Assembly: GCA_002633005.1 (NCBI GenBank) | Contig: NMRA01000005.1 | Coordinates: forward strand, 307,173 to 371,172 | Reading direction: 5' to 3' | DNA: 64,000 nucleotides | Source: Phoronis australis | Taxonomy: Eukaryota; Animalia; Phoronida | Part shown: positions 37,201 to 54,624 of the stretch, in pieces | How positions within the stretch are numbered: position 1 is the first letter of the stretch | Layout of the letters: every line of letters begins with the position of its first letter | Made by a program: the position numbers and the translations under genes | Notes under the pieces: generated by a model | The model's input: the letters and a program-made list of their open reading frames with translations, nothing else | Told to the model about the DNA's origin: nothing | The model's database searches: none

Positions 37201-40200
37201 CTTTTCACAATTAAATCTGAAGATTGTATTGCATTTATTATTAAAATTTATGCTTTTTCTTACATTTTTCTTATTTTCAGAACTTTTGTTCGTGGCATCA
37301 AGCTTGGGTCTATGTCGCTATGATGACGTTGACTTGATAAAGGTAATTGAGTGCACTGAAACGTTTGTAAAAGAAGTCTCAAGGAATTGTATTGTAATGT
37401 GAGACTGACCAGATTGGTCAGGCTCTGAAGTTAATGCACTTGTAACATCAAACCCTTGTTCAGTGAGTATCTTGAAAAACCACAAAGTGGCACTAGCTTA
37501 AAAAGGGTCCTACTCAAGAATCACTCCAAATGGTCACGTGACTATTGTGTCGGAAACATATTTACCATGCTTTAGTGAATACGTCGCATTGAATGAGTCA
37601 CTTAATAATTGAGACTGTATCATGGTACTTTAGGACTCGCATCACGTGGTAGTCATGTGATCACTGTAGTCTTGTGATCAGTGTAGTCACTCGTACACTA
37701 ATATTAATTCTACTTCATTGTGTCTACATTGACATAGTCAGAGATATTAACAGTTACATCATTTTGTTTTCACTTAGATGGCAGGTTGTTGCTCCCTGCA
37801 CTCTGCACGCACACACACACACGCACGCACGCACACACACACACACACACACACAACGATACTGTGTTTGTACAGAGGTCAATTACATCAGCTGTGGGCC
37901 AGTTTCCACAGTATATTCATTCTTTTGGCTCACTACTGCTTGTTCATTGTTCATGTGGTGTTCATTGTTGCCCTAATTATTGCCAGGGTGTGGTGTCCAC
38001 CAGCCGCCAGACTGCGTTCATGGACCACCTGTTGGAGATGGCTTGTATCATAGACGAGGCTGAAGACTCTCAAAGTAGAGCCATGTCTAGCCCTGGTGTC
38101 ATCAAGTATGCTAATTAAAACCTATTTACTTTCCACTAACTGCTCAAATGTGACACCAAGAAATGTTGTCCTTGATGGGATAGTCCCAGTTTCCATTCAT
38201 TTGGAATTGAAAGATTACCTGTGATTGAATTAAAGCTGTCAAATGTGGAAGAATTGGCTGAATCTATGATTTTCTGAAGTGTTTTTTACTTATAAACTTC
38301 ACTATGGGTTGCCTAGAGCTATTTCAACATTCTATCTACAGTGTCCTCATAGCCTAACTTAATTACACGGGCAACATTAACACATTCACATTTTTGATGG
38401 GTTCAGTCTCCTAGGATTGTCTGCATTCCATTTCACAAAGCAAACTCAAGGGCTGGCTGCTTCGCTACTATGGGCTAAGATTAAAAAACAATAAAATTTC
38501 ACCATTGTCGGACAGAAGAAATTTCCAGATTCTCTTTAATCTTCATTTTTCAAATGCTTCTAATATTGTTGCGTATGTCCACAATTGCTCCAAAAAACAT
38601 TGTTTAATAGTTGCTGTGGAATGTAATAGAAATAAATTAAAAGTATTATTATTCGATGCCATTTATTTTTCATGAAAATGGAGAAATAAATTTTCCCTTC
38701 CAGTTCTGTACCGTGTTGGAGAGATTGTATTTCATTGAGCAAACTCTAGTAGTGTGCCAGCTACGTTACCATCGACACATAAGTTTGTACAGTTACTGCT
38801 GGCAGGATTCACTAAGGCCTCTAGAACAGCAATTGAAATTAAAATGTCTTTCTTTTTGACGCAGTAATGTCTGGCACTTTGTTTCTCCCATTCACACACA
38901 GGGTCACCATTTGTTCCAACCTCTGATCTAGTTTATATGACATACTTCATTCTTTGACAACAGTGTGCACCCACATCAGAAGTGTCTCAGTTAGCTATTC
39001 ATGTATTAACCAAATCTCACCTCCTTTTTGATAATAAATGTTATCTGTTTCCAGTAAGAACACACAACTGACTGAACAGTTTGAACGCGACTGTTACTTG
39101 ACAGACAGCCTGGCTGCCAGTGAGCGGATAGACTTCAGCTGCAGGCTTAGTTTACTGCCTGCTGATGTTAAGAAGACAGTTGAAAGGGCGTGGCTGGACA
39201 AGGGATACTCACCTTCTGATTGGTAGGTTGTCCGTTTTTGATTTGACGTGGTAGAAATAACGACGTAAGAATGATATTTTGAAGCGCCTGTCAGTCCAAC
39301 AATGAGGTTGTGTGTTCTCTGTGTTATATACTGTAGAGCTAACTGTGTAGCGTTTCTCCCACAGGCCCCCTGTTCCAGACTTGAACCAAGTGATTCTTGT
39401 TGCCGAAGACTTGGCCAAGAACTTAACACAGCAAAAAGACATACTTCAAGATCTTCATGAGAAGGTAACTGGTTATTCTGCTACAAACTGTTGACTGGGA
39501 TTCTGATTACAGTGTGAACTGTGGTGTAAAATTGGGAGAAGTGTAAATTGATGGTTGACCAAGACAATTGTTCAACTGTCCTGTAATCATACGATGTCAC
39601 TGTATAGAACGCAGGTAGTCTAGGCTTATGTTTTAAGAATGTTTTGCCCAGATCACATACAGTTTATCTAGTTTATTCCAAGTTAATGCAAAATTGTCAA
39701 CACAATACTTTAGACGTATAAATGACTATTAACGTGGCCTGTAGACTTGAATGTCTCCTTTGACTCCTCACGAATGATTGTTTCAGTTCACTTTCCCAGA
39801 CGAGGACCCCCAGCTGAGGGTGAACATCAACAAAACTACGCGATTGGTTCTCTCCGAGCTTTCCCAGATCGTGACAGGATTCTCCTACTGCTTTGAGAAC
39901 CACATGAGGCAGTGGTGCAACAAGTCTGCGCCACGATTGACGGAGATGGGACCCACATTTAAACGTGTCCACATATTGCTCGATCAATTTTCCAAGGTTG
40001 GTAAGCGCTGGCTAATGACGCTTTTAATTCAATGGGTTTAAACCTGTGTTTCACCCATGAAGCACACTTTATGTAAGCTGCTTACCGTTGTAAAATGACT
40101 ATGAACCTGCGCTCCATTAAAGAAGCAATTATTTGTTGTAAATTACTTACTGGTATAAAATTGGTTTTACCAGATGAGAAGTGATTTCTGGTTGGTTATT

Positions 40201-42897
40201 CCTGGCGACTTGATGCAGTAATAAACTGGTAGTTATTTTAAAGCCCTCCAATTTGAAAGAAACAATTTCAAACCAAATTTTGTAAAGTAAGAGGTCTCAT
40301 TTTTTGTGATGGAAGACAGGTTTATATCTGGTTTAAAAAAACTTTGTTCAATTGACTACAATCCTACGTACCTAGAGGGTTCATTGCAATGCTTTTGACT
40401 GTACTGACTGTACATGTTTGTTTAAAATTACACATTATATTTAATAGCAAGTGCCTGTAGGAGGGTAGTGTTAACGTGTTTTTACATTAAACTGTCGTCA
40501 TCTTAAGATACCTTTCCACAATTCGTTCCTTACAGCTGCTCTCAGGGTTACACACAATACATACTTCAGTCACAAAACTGGACAGCAAGGTGCCAGCCTC
40601 ATCACAAGCGAAAACGAGAAGGGACACAAACGACTTAGGTATGATTATACAACTGTGTGCATTTCAGCATCTGCTTTCCCCATTTTAGATTGTAAACTGT
40701 TTTGTAATAGCTTGACATCCACAAGCTTTTAAGAAACTTAGAAATTACCGTCGATCTTTCTGTTAATTTGAGTTGTACAATTATTTTTAAATTTCGATTT
40801 GCTAAAAATGAAACCGAATCCTTGCAAAATTTAGCCAATAATAAAGAACCATAGTTTTCTAGAATAAACAAAAAATTAATATTGAAAGCTAATATTTTGC
40901 TCGGGTGTTTATTTCTGTAGCATGAATTTATTACCAAAAATACAAGCAATTCCATCGCTTGCATGGTTTTCTCAATTACTCAAAGACTTAAGCTTTTACT
41001 TGATGCTTGGACTGGACTTTCAGGCCACCGTCTACTGCTGTTTGAATATACAACAAAGTGGCAATGTAATTAAAATGGTTGACAGCAAATATGCAGATAT
41101 TGAGAGTAGAATGATGTGCCATTTTAGGTATTTTATTGACATTTTGTGAGAGGCAGCTACATTGTGAAACATTGGAATTTTGTGAATTTGCATATATATG
41201 TGTGCTTTTAAACTAAATTTGCTAGCCTGACAACTCTGGACTTGTGGAAAAACGAAGCAATCTAGGAAGTGTAGCTAGACAGTAATTGTCAATAAAACAG
41301 CTCAGCATTTAAGCTTTGGTCTAACTATAGTCTTCACATTTTTAAAACACACCAAGATGCAACAATTATCTAGTTTATTGCTGCTGGTCTCAGTACTTCA
41401 TTTCAATAAACTAATGTCTTTATTGACGATTTCTTGTTAAGTTCAAATGACTGATATTGTCTTATAGTTTGGTATTACTTTGGAACACAGCTCAGACACT
41501 ATGACCACGTACGATTCAGTGTGTGCTATTGAACGTGCTTTGAAAGTGCAAAAATATAACCCATCTTTTAATTACCATTGTCAGTTTATTACTTTTAAGT
41601 TATTAGTGATGCTGCAAACATGTCTTAAGAGCCACATCTGGATGTTACTGTTCAAGGAAAGCTTTCAAGTAAAACGGAAAATAGTGGCACTGTCTTAGGT
41701 CAACAGATTGTACTTCAGGCCCAGGTGCACTTTTCGACAATTTTTGGCAATGCATCAGTTTATAGATAAAATTTTTGCACCACTGGAGCTAAACAATTGT
41801 AATTACAAAAATGGCATTTTGAGCAGACTAACTTTTCTTTAAAAATTTGTTTCCAGTTTTTATAGGCATCTTGAAATGAAAAATAAGGTGCCTCACCAGT
41901 GGCGAAAATATTTCATGGACAAGTGTTTAGCACCACCGAACGTTCACTTAATGAGGCACATGTAGGATTTCATGGCGTGGTGTATTAAATTCTTTGTAAT
42001 GACCACATCATCAAAATGTTATTGTGCAGTGGATTAAACCAATTCATGCAAATAAGCTCCTTAGCCATGAATGAAAAGCATTTATCAGTAGATTCAGATA
42101 TCAAATTCAAGATTTATGAAATGGGAAAAGTGCAGTTCTAAACTGAAAGCCTCTGTGCCTAGATCAGTAATAATAAGATTTACTGAAAAGTTGAAAATGA
42201 TTTTAATTTAAAATTTGTTGTTTTGGGGTGTATCATATTGGTATTTAATTGAAACCTGAATTTTACAAAAACATTGCAAATCATATGCGTTTTCATTTGC
42301 AAAATGCTGCTTTTCATTGTTAAGGTTACCGATTAAGCCCAAAGGAGTTGGAACTGAGTAAAAGGAAAATAGATTTATATTGAACTCCAGAGTTAAGGTG
42401 CGAGTTGCATTTTATATTTTGCATGGTTAGAGCCCACAACTTTCAGGCAAACTACAACAAAGTATGCCACAGGGAAATAATTTTTTTCCAGCCAAAAATT
42501 CTTTATAATAAATACTGTCAGAAATTTTCGACATCTGCACTTCCTGATGTCTTCCTCGGTGCATACTAGGTGGTGCTGAGTTTATATCCAGATATAGAGT
42601 TACTGCAGCATAAAATATCCTGTGTACAGCGCCACCTAGTATGCACTGAGGAAGACATCAGGAAGGGCTGATGTCAAAAATTTCTCCAGGCATTTACCAC
42701 CTTTTTGCATGGGAAAATGAATTTTCCCGTGTCAGTTGTTATTCTGATTCACCATGTTGATGAAACTGTTTGAAAACAACAAAGTGTCTTTTTTAGCCAT
42801 GGTTGGAGAAGAAACTCTCAAGAGACTTCAGGAATGCACTGCCATCTTGGAAGAATCATTCCAACGGAATGAGACGGGCTCCAGTGGACGGCGATAA
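34237..42897 (+). CDS. HAUS7: HAUS augmin-like complex subunit 7, about 371 aa (alternative upstream ATG at 34216)
   Basis: Exons 34237-34305, 36337-36443, 36746-36822, 37281-37342, 37987-38105, 39055-39222, 39365-39464, 39787-39996, 40536-40638, 42797-42897 form one open, phase-consistent frame. Motifs RLQHLACPYTEG..ELVYKPGEQRIRLLQWL, LGLCRYDDVDLIKG..QTAFMDHLL and LVLSELSQIVTGF..WC..P.L..MGP resemble HAUS7. Confidence 0.85.
37806..37855. repeat. (CA)n/(CACG)n microsatellite
   Basis: Directly visible. Confidence 0.95.
42468..42731. mobile_element. Inverted pair of Penelope-type pseudo-LTR fragments, each with a hammerhead ribozyme motif, in the last HAUS7 intron
   Basis: Arms 42520-42578 and 42627-42685 are reverse complements. 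The + copy reads CTGAGGA-A-GACATCAG-gaaggg-CTGATGTC-AAAA-ATTTC; the - copy reads CCGAGGA-A-GACATC..GATGTC-GAAA-ATTTC. Confidence 0.6.
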
Positions 42898-45800
42898 CGG
42901 ATGAGATGTTCATACCCACCAACGTCTTTACTAGACCGACGTGGAATTGATTCCTGGATGGGATATTCATACCCACCAACATGTGCACTAGACGGACGTG
43001 GAAGTGATTCCTAAACATGTGTCACAAACGAGTGCACTAAACTGGCATGGAAATTCAGCATGGGTGTACACAGCACTGTCACTAGAGATGGATACTGTAT
43101 TGACACAAATAACTAGTGTATCCAGACAGTGTATTGGCACATAATAACTGTTAACTTCAGAGACAATACTTTATTGAGCCAAAACAAGTGCTATTTTTTG
43201 ACATGGACACTGTATTGATACATAACAAGTGGGAATGAACACAGTATTGTTACTGACAAGTCTAGTTAGCCACAGGCTTGCCGTCTTCCAACTGGCTATC
43301 ACGTAACCCTTCTTTGGTGCTCTATGCCATGGTAGACTCTTGTTATTCCAGCAGATGACATCATAATCCATCTGCCTTGGTAACAGTTTGCAATGAAGTC
43401 TTTAAAACAGGTGTGCACCCTGCTCTGTAAATAACGTATAATGTACAGTGCCTTTGTATAAAAATAAGTGTTTTATTAATATATAAAAATCTTTTCTTTA
43501 AATATTATGCTCAAAGTCGTTAGAATCAAGTTCCTTGAGACCAAACTGTTTCAAGTGCATAACAACCACGATGACAAAATACTCTGGTTACGTGCTTCGC
43601 ATTTCAAACACTAAGGATTTACAGTTTGTCACCATATAGCTAGGGACTGTTTACACACAATCTTCAACTGGCATTATATTTCTCCTGTTCTCAGAGCCAG
43701 ACATTTTGTCCAGTTTATTATGAATACATTACTATGTTGACAAATAGCAAACCAACTTTGAATTTTCGTGACTGATAAAATACATCTTTAAAATGTAAAA
43801 CTTTTACTTGAAGTCTGGCAACACAGACCATTTTGCACTTCAAAAAACATCAATGCCCTATATTCATTCTAGTAAAACACCTTTTTAACGCATTTCGTTC
43901 AATTCACACACAGGGAGTTGGCGATGCTTGGTTCTCAGTTAATTTCGCACACCCGTCAACTACAAAGTCTGTATATTCAGTTTATTTGGCACAAGCTGGT
44001 GATCAGGAAAATACCTCTAATTTATTTTGTGCGAAATAAGAGAAAAATAACCGTAGACGTACAGGATATATAGGCGGATCCTGGCGTGGTCAAAGGGATC
44101 CCGATTGCTTCTTTTTCGCTTGATTATAGTGAAGATGTAAAATCGTAGAATTTTAAAATTGTTGACTTAGACACCCCTTTTAAAAAAATCCTTGCTCCGA
44201 TCCCTCCTTTTAAAAAATCCTGGATCCGCCGCTGGGATAGTGAAACTGGAGGTTTGGTGTGAAAGCAAGCAACACAATGTTGGCATGTTTTGACATGATG
44301 AAAAATCTTTCAGTTGCATTGCAACAACGCATGTTCTTCACGGATGTTACCGAGTGTATGAAATAGCAACGTAAATACCCTCCCTGTAAAACCTAAGTAA
44401 CCAAACGCACTGCACGACATCCATTATCAAATCTGAGGGTACTATATCACTGTGTTGGTTGTCAGTGACGGGTTAGGCTGCGATGGGGATACTGCTGCTT
44501 GAATCACATTTTAGTGAAGTATGACGAGGCTGAAACAGCAAGGTTCGGTTTCTGGCATGAAACCCACTACAGAGGGTACGCAGTTTCTCAGCAATACATA
44601 CTCTAACAGAGATATTTTTGTAATATATCGCCTAATGACCAGAAGTTGACACACCCTTCCCATCATCTTATCTAAACCCCCTCCTCCATAACATGCAAAC
44701 AGTTCCTTTCGTCAACTGGCAAAACTTGGGTGACTTTGGGCACTTTTTAGTGATATTCAGGTTTCATATCCAAGTGTAATTCTGAACAATTTTCAAATTC
44801 TACATGAAACTTTACGGCATCATGCGGCTCCATCACAACTGATAAAGATCTTGGCTAGCAACAGTGGATGACATATTCATTGTTGACGCAGACCAGGTAA
44901 AAGATTTACCTCAGTGTGTTGGGAGATAAACGACAGTTGCTTGCTGATACCAGGCTCAGCTGTTGACTGTCTTGCTGAAATATAACAGGACTCGTGAGAA
45001 TGACTGTGCTATAGCATAAGTAACACAATAAAAACCAGGGGACATGTGCGAGGTGGGACAGGAGTTCGTAATGAGAAAATTGACCAACAGAATGGGCAGT
45101 TACCAACTGACAACAGTCCAAAATACTCTGGTAAAGATAAGGAACAGTAAAACTGGCATTAATAATATCCAACTGAAATACAACTTCTTCGAAGGGTCAA
45201 TTACATGAATCAAAACATGGCCCATATATAAGCAATGATTCTACTGACCAATTTACATTCTTCATACGAACATTTGGGAGCCCAATTTCAGGTCTTATAG
45301 GAGTTCAAGGCCTCTTTGATCAATGTTTTGTGTATAATTAATTACACAACAGTGACATGTTACCAAATACATGTATGTAGCCTATTGCATCAAAACTCCC
45401 TTTCGAAAGAATGTTAGCTAGTTCCCACTTCCTGACCCAAACTGCAGATGAACTGTAACACTATAGCCAGAAATATACTACGGAATTGTAACCCTGTGGA
45501 GAAAAACATAACTATGCAGTAGTCTCCACTAACTTCACAATTATTAACGCTGACAAGAGTATTTTGTAATTGCACATAAAACTTTTCGGCAGCTTTTGGA
45601 AAAACAATTTAAAAACATTATACGCTACCGAAAACCAGAATTGAAGGCCAGAACGAGATTTTTAGGCCAACAGTTTAAGTTGAAGCCTTTTCCCAGATTG
45701 AATTTCAATTAGGAAAATTTTAAGGCTGACAGTCCTACAGAAATGTATGAAAATAAACCATACTGATAGAACAGCAGTTCATGTATAACCTGGCATATCT

Positions 45801-46567
45801 TGCAAGAACAGTTTAACATTGCGAGCTCAAATTTAAATATCTGAAAATGAATGTTCATTTTAATAGCACAGTTGGTTACACACAGAGCAGGTTTGAACAT
45901 ACTCGTGTTTGCCTCCTAGGAGGTACCATGTCCTCTTGTGCTCCACTGTTGTTGTTTCGTCTTCTGTCACTGTAAAAAGACCACACTTTAGTAGATACTA
46001 GTCTGCATAAAAGATAAACGTTTACATAAACATTTACTTTCACCAGCTCTCAGTTCCAGATTCTGAATGGACAAATCAATTACGGGACTCTTATGTACTG
46101 TCCGCAACTTCACACATATAACCAAATAGGGGTTGAAACTTACAGGCACAGAGAGGAATAGATTGCTCTCACATGGCCTTTAGTGTCAAGGCATTAGTTT
46201 CGCCCCTGCACCAAATGGGTGAAGTGGAATTACCTAGCAAAGCTGGTAAGCTGCTGAAGGAACACCCAGAGATCACTTGGCCTTCATGTGCCGAGAAGGG
46301 AATGTTCCTGGGTCAGCTGAAAACAGAAGATCTCATTAGTAGAATGGGTAACAATAAAATCTCGACACAATCGCTTAAAAGTTTCTTTAATGTTTACTTT
46401 AAAATAAAACAGTTAACAGTGTAATATTTCAAGTACAATGTCAATGATCAGAAACAAAGACCCGATCCCTCAAATCTTATGGCCACAGCTATGATCTAAA
46501 ACAACAAGTTTATCAAACAAGATAAATGATGTAACACCAGGGTCACTTCTTGTTTAAGTCAGCAAAA

Positions 46568-47245
46568 TCATCTTGACATCAGATTTGTGTTCTGTTTAAG
46601 GTGTAAATTCTGATTCCGAAGTTCTTGAAATTCACTTATCAGACAAGCAAGCTCAGAATTTAAACTAGTTTCCTTTAACCTTTTTTCCAGTTCTACCACT
46701 TTTTTCTCCATAAAATACACCTCTTTAACGAGTTCCGCTTTTGTCTTCTGACAGAGTTGGTCTTCACGAATTCCCCGGTACGTGTCTTCAAAATCTTGTT
46801 CAATATATTCGAAAGTTGTCGAATCATCAGGCGATGAGTAATCGTCTTCTGAGGTAAAAGAAGTGTTCGGTGACGCTGCGAGGTCTATGGTGGTTCTTCC
46901 GGTTTCAAAGCTCAAGTACAAATGACAGTTTTCGTGATCGTCCATCAAGAACTGTGTTGAATTCATCGGCGCCATCGGGCTGTACGGGCGGAGACAGTTA
47001 CGTCTGCTCTTCCTCTTCAACACACGACTGGGACATCGATAACTAAAACCATCACAATCACTATCCCATTCTCCACAATTATCAGCAAGTTTACGCTTCT
47101 TACCACTGCGTTTTCTTCTTGGTCGTTTCGATGACACGTGAACTGGGGTTGCCAAAATGGCCGTGTTTTCATCCATTTCGCCTTCTCTCTCGACGTGGAC
47201 AGCCTCTTTATCTTCCAAGGATCCTATCACCCTGACATTAGTCAT
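46568..47245 (-). CDS. HEXIM: HEXIM-family P-TEFb regulator, intronless and divergent (about 225 aa from ATG 47245)
   Basis: Basic motif KRPRRKRSGKKRK, APMNSTQFLMDDHE (canonical APYNTTQFLM), acidic region, F.EQDFEDTY...EDQLCQKTKAELVKEVYFMEKKV, and a C-terminal coiled coil ending ELRNQNLHLKQN. Confidence 0.88.
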   Translation of the reverse strand: MTNVRVIGSLEDKEAVHVEREGEMDENTAILATPVHVSSKRPRRKRSGKKRKLADNCGEWDSDCDGFSYRCPSRVLKRKSRRNCLRPYSPMAPMNSTQFLMDDHENCHLYLSFETGRTTIDLAASPNTSFTSEDDYSSPDDSTTFEYIEQDFEDTYRGIREDQLCQKTKAELVKEVYFMEKKVVELEKRLKETSLNSELACLISEFQELRNQNLHLKQNTNLMSR

Positions 47246-47384
47246 TATATCTGGAGATTTATCTTTCAAATTTCAATAAATTTCGTTCAAACAAGGTACG
47301 AATTTCAGTCTACACGTCTCTGTAACACCAACAGCTTTAGGAACATCGAACTTGTGAACTAACGTTGTTGCTACGTTGAAACGC

Positions 47385-47470
47385 TTTATATATATATCAA
47401 ATCGCAACGTCACATGAACGTACTTATTTTATCATCCAATTAAAACAATACTTTACATCACATGACGTCT
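47385..47470 (-). promoter_or_regulatory. HEXIM core promoter: TATA box with upstream CRE/E-box-like sites
   Basis: Minus-strand TATATATATAAAG at about 47385-47397, roughly 30 bp from an Inr-like ttagtt at about 47360. Motifs acgtcacatga (47408) and catgacgtc (47461). Confidence 0.55.
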
Positions 47471-50400
47471 TTTCCGAATGCATCCGGAGCTTTCCGGGTA
47501 TTTCCGTGATCCACTCGTCACGAAGTTTCTCTAAACATGGGCGGCGCCCGCTAGTGTTTCAGCGAAGTTGTGTAGCAAAGAAATTGTTACAGTATAGAGG
47601 ATCTTTGGTTGCAGTGAAGCTGCAAACTGTCCAACGTACAGGAACTACAATGTGTATTCAATTAAGTTTGTGTTAATGAAGGGGGTGCTTCAAATATTTA
47701 TTTATTTAGTGAGAACGAGATCAAATACAATTAATCAGCTAACAGAAAATAGACAAATTAAAAATATGAAGTTAAAATGCTCTGAGCAGGAGCGATGTCA
47801 AAAGACTAAACCCAACCGACGCCGGATTACAGATATTCGCGCGAAAGAGAAGTTTGAGAAACTCCACATTACACTCAAATAACCTAGGCCGGCGTACGGG
47901 AAAGATGATTGACAAGAACAGACCAACAGGGACTTTAACCCCATTCCGGGAGGGTCGAACACCACTCCTTTCTGCCGTAGATATATACGTAGGCGTCTAC
48001 AGGGAGAGTTCACATGACAGACACGTCTAAGTAATTTATGTATTTATATATATTCAAATGTGTTTTTATTGTACTTTATTTTAATAAACACTTATTTAAA
48101 AGTGTTTCGTAAGTTAATAAATTTTATCCGGGCCATGCAGGTTGAACCAGTCGAGTGCAATGAGGGAGGGTGGGGTGTCGGGCGGGGCGGGAAATCTCCG
48201 ATAAATTGTTGATCGAGCAGAGAAAAAGTTGGTCAAAGAGCTAAATAACATGTTCCAGATTTAAAACTTTACAAAAAGGCTTTCATTTGTCAAATTAGTT
48301 GTCCTGTTCGTTTTGTGGGGGTTTTGTCGCTTTATCCTCCAAAAATCACCTTTCAAGTGATGTTCTCCATAAAATTCATTAGGTGAAAAAGATATAAAAG
48401 TATTTAAATAAACAACACACACTCGCTCATGACCATTCGTCCCTGAGCATGGTTTTCTTAATGGTTCCGCTCCAGTTCTGTTTAATACAAAAGTGCTTTG
48501 GGTTCACGAAACAGGATTGTTAGTGAAAAAGTTCTTTTTCCCGTGGAGGTAATACAACTTTAAGATCAGACAAATTCCATATCAATTAATTACATGATTA
48601 TAATTTATAATTGAACTTTATCAGTGATACCTATGATATTAATGAAACTTGATATTCGATTTCATGTTTGCTGTAATATTCATTTACGTGGTCGTGAAAT
48701 AATATACCTTACACAAAGCAACAGAAAAAGATATTGTTCTCCTGGCCTCCCTCAAAATCAAATCAATCGATACAGACCGCTCGTTCATTCCGAGAGCTTA
48801 TTGCGTCCGATTCTCGCTAACAAGATTTCACCAAGACCTTTAAACTTCAACAGAGCCAGATTTCACGAAAGGCATTCAATTGCATAAGAGAATGATTGCT
48901 GTCCTCAAGACGCTTACAATTAGAGCTCAGCACAAAATGGTCGGTGAGCAAAGGAATGACTAGATAACTTTGTTTTACTCACAAAACATGAACATGAGCT
49001 CTGAAACCATAAGTGGTATTTGTGATCGCTAAAAAGAATAGAATTTTAAAAATAAATCTCAGGAAATGGATATTCAGCCATTGAATGCCTCAGGGACCAA
49101 GGATATAATCTGTTCATTCGGAATTTGACTAAAAATGACAATTTGTATGACCTATTCAAATTAATAATTGGCTGTATTTCGGGAGCAAGTTTTCCGATAT
49201 GCAGAATTCATTAAACACACGACACTTTTCGTTATTGACAGTCTTTATTCCCTTTCTTTCATATGTTCGAAATAATAATTAATAATTCGCCAGGGTTGCG
49301 TTTTGTCTGCATCGTGTTGTCCGAATGACTTGACCATTGTTGTCGGTCATCACGGAAAGTTTTCTGAAAATATTTTTGGGCCACCATGTTATTCACTAAC
49401 TTGGCTTAATAATTTACTTAGTGTGATAAAATTGCCACTATCAGGAAATTTCACTTTTCTTCACATTTAGGACTATTGGGGCAGTTGCGCACTGGACCCG
49501 AGTTTGACGAATAAAACGGTAAATTATAAACAAAATATTTTGTACGTGATAAAGCGGAACAAGTCGTGATCTTTGATCCAAAGCCGCGAAGGTCCCCAAG
49601 ACGGTAAATTAAAAAAAAAATGTGATGCACGTGATAAAGCGCCGGAGCAAAAGCTTGTCGGTTCCTGCCTTCTCGAACAATAATCATGGAAACTTCTAAT
49701 CAATACACGTAGACCAGTATGGTGTTGTAGTAACACCGCTAGTACAATTTGTCACTTTATTTTGTATATAAAAACAACATTAAGGCCCTACTTTTGTCAA
49801 AAACAAGTTTTGATTTAGACCGCTTACATCAGTTTCAAATAGTGGCTTAGTCCTTTTTAATTAATGGTTCAGAAGTGATCTTTGGGATCAGAAAGAACTT
49901 ACACGGTTTTACTTTATTGAAGCTCGTAAAATTTCAAATAGCTTGCTCTGATTAAGAAATGGTCTCCTGTACAGACCCCAAGGCATTCTAGGTCAAGCTC
50001 AGTACTCCATGACGTCAGCGTGTGAGGGGCTCGGCGGGAACCACTAGGAGTCAAGAAATAGCTAATGAACTGTCAATCATTTCCAAGCTCTACAACCATC
50101 TCCAGATCTGAGGAACATTTTAAGATCAATTTTACAACGGCAAATGGCATCGTGGCATGGTCTAAATCACGAAAAGTTATTTTTTGTGACGGGAGGTTGG
50201 CAAATGCTGTATTAAGTAGATGTTTAGTGAAAATTTTAATTTTGTGAAAAGCCGTAAAAGCTTGTTAGTTTCAATTTCAAATTGTTCAAAGCCGATCAAA
50301 CTCATCTGTTTCTTTATGCTCCCGCGTCCTTTTTCGGTTGACCAGACATGGCAACTTTTATGTCGGACATTACGTTCGTATAATACCCGCTCCGGCCGGC

Positions 50401-50665
50401 ACAAGGTAGGCCCCAGCTCAAGGAAGTTCGTCGTGGCAAAAGTAAAATAACTAGTTTCACGGGTTTTGATGGCTTGAAATGACCCCGACAAAATATTTTC
50501 AAGAGGAAAAATCTGTAAGAATTCGTGAGTACCCGGCGGCGCCTGCCCAGCTTTTTGACCAGTCATTTCAATCATTGGTCACCAGGTGGTGCTTGCAATT
50601 TGTTTTACGACAACGACAGTTTACGGAAAACCTCAGAACACTGGTGCTCGTGTTCTCAAGTAACA

Positions 50666-54624
<3,959 letters not shown>

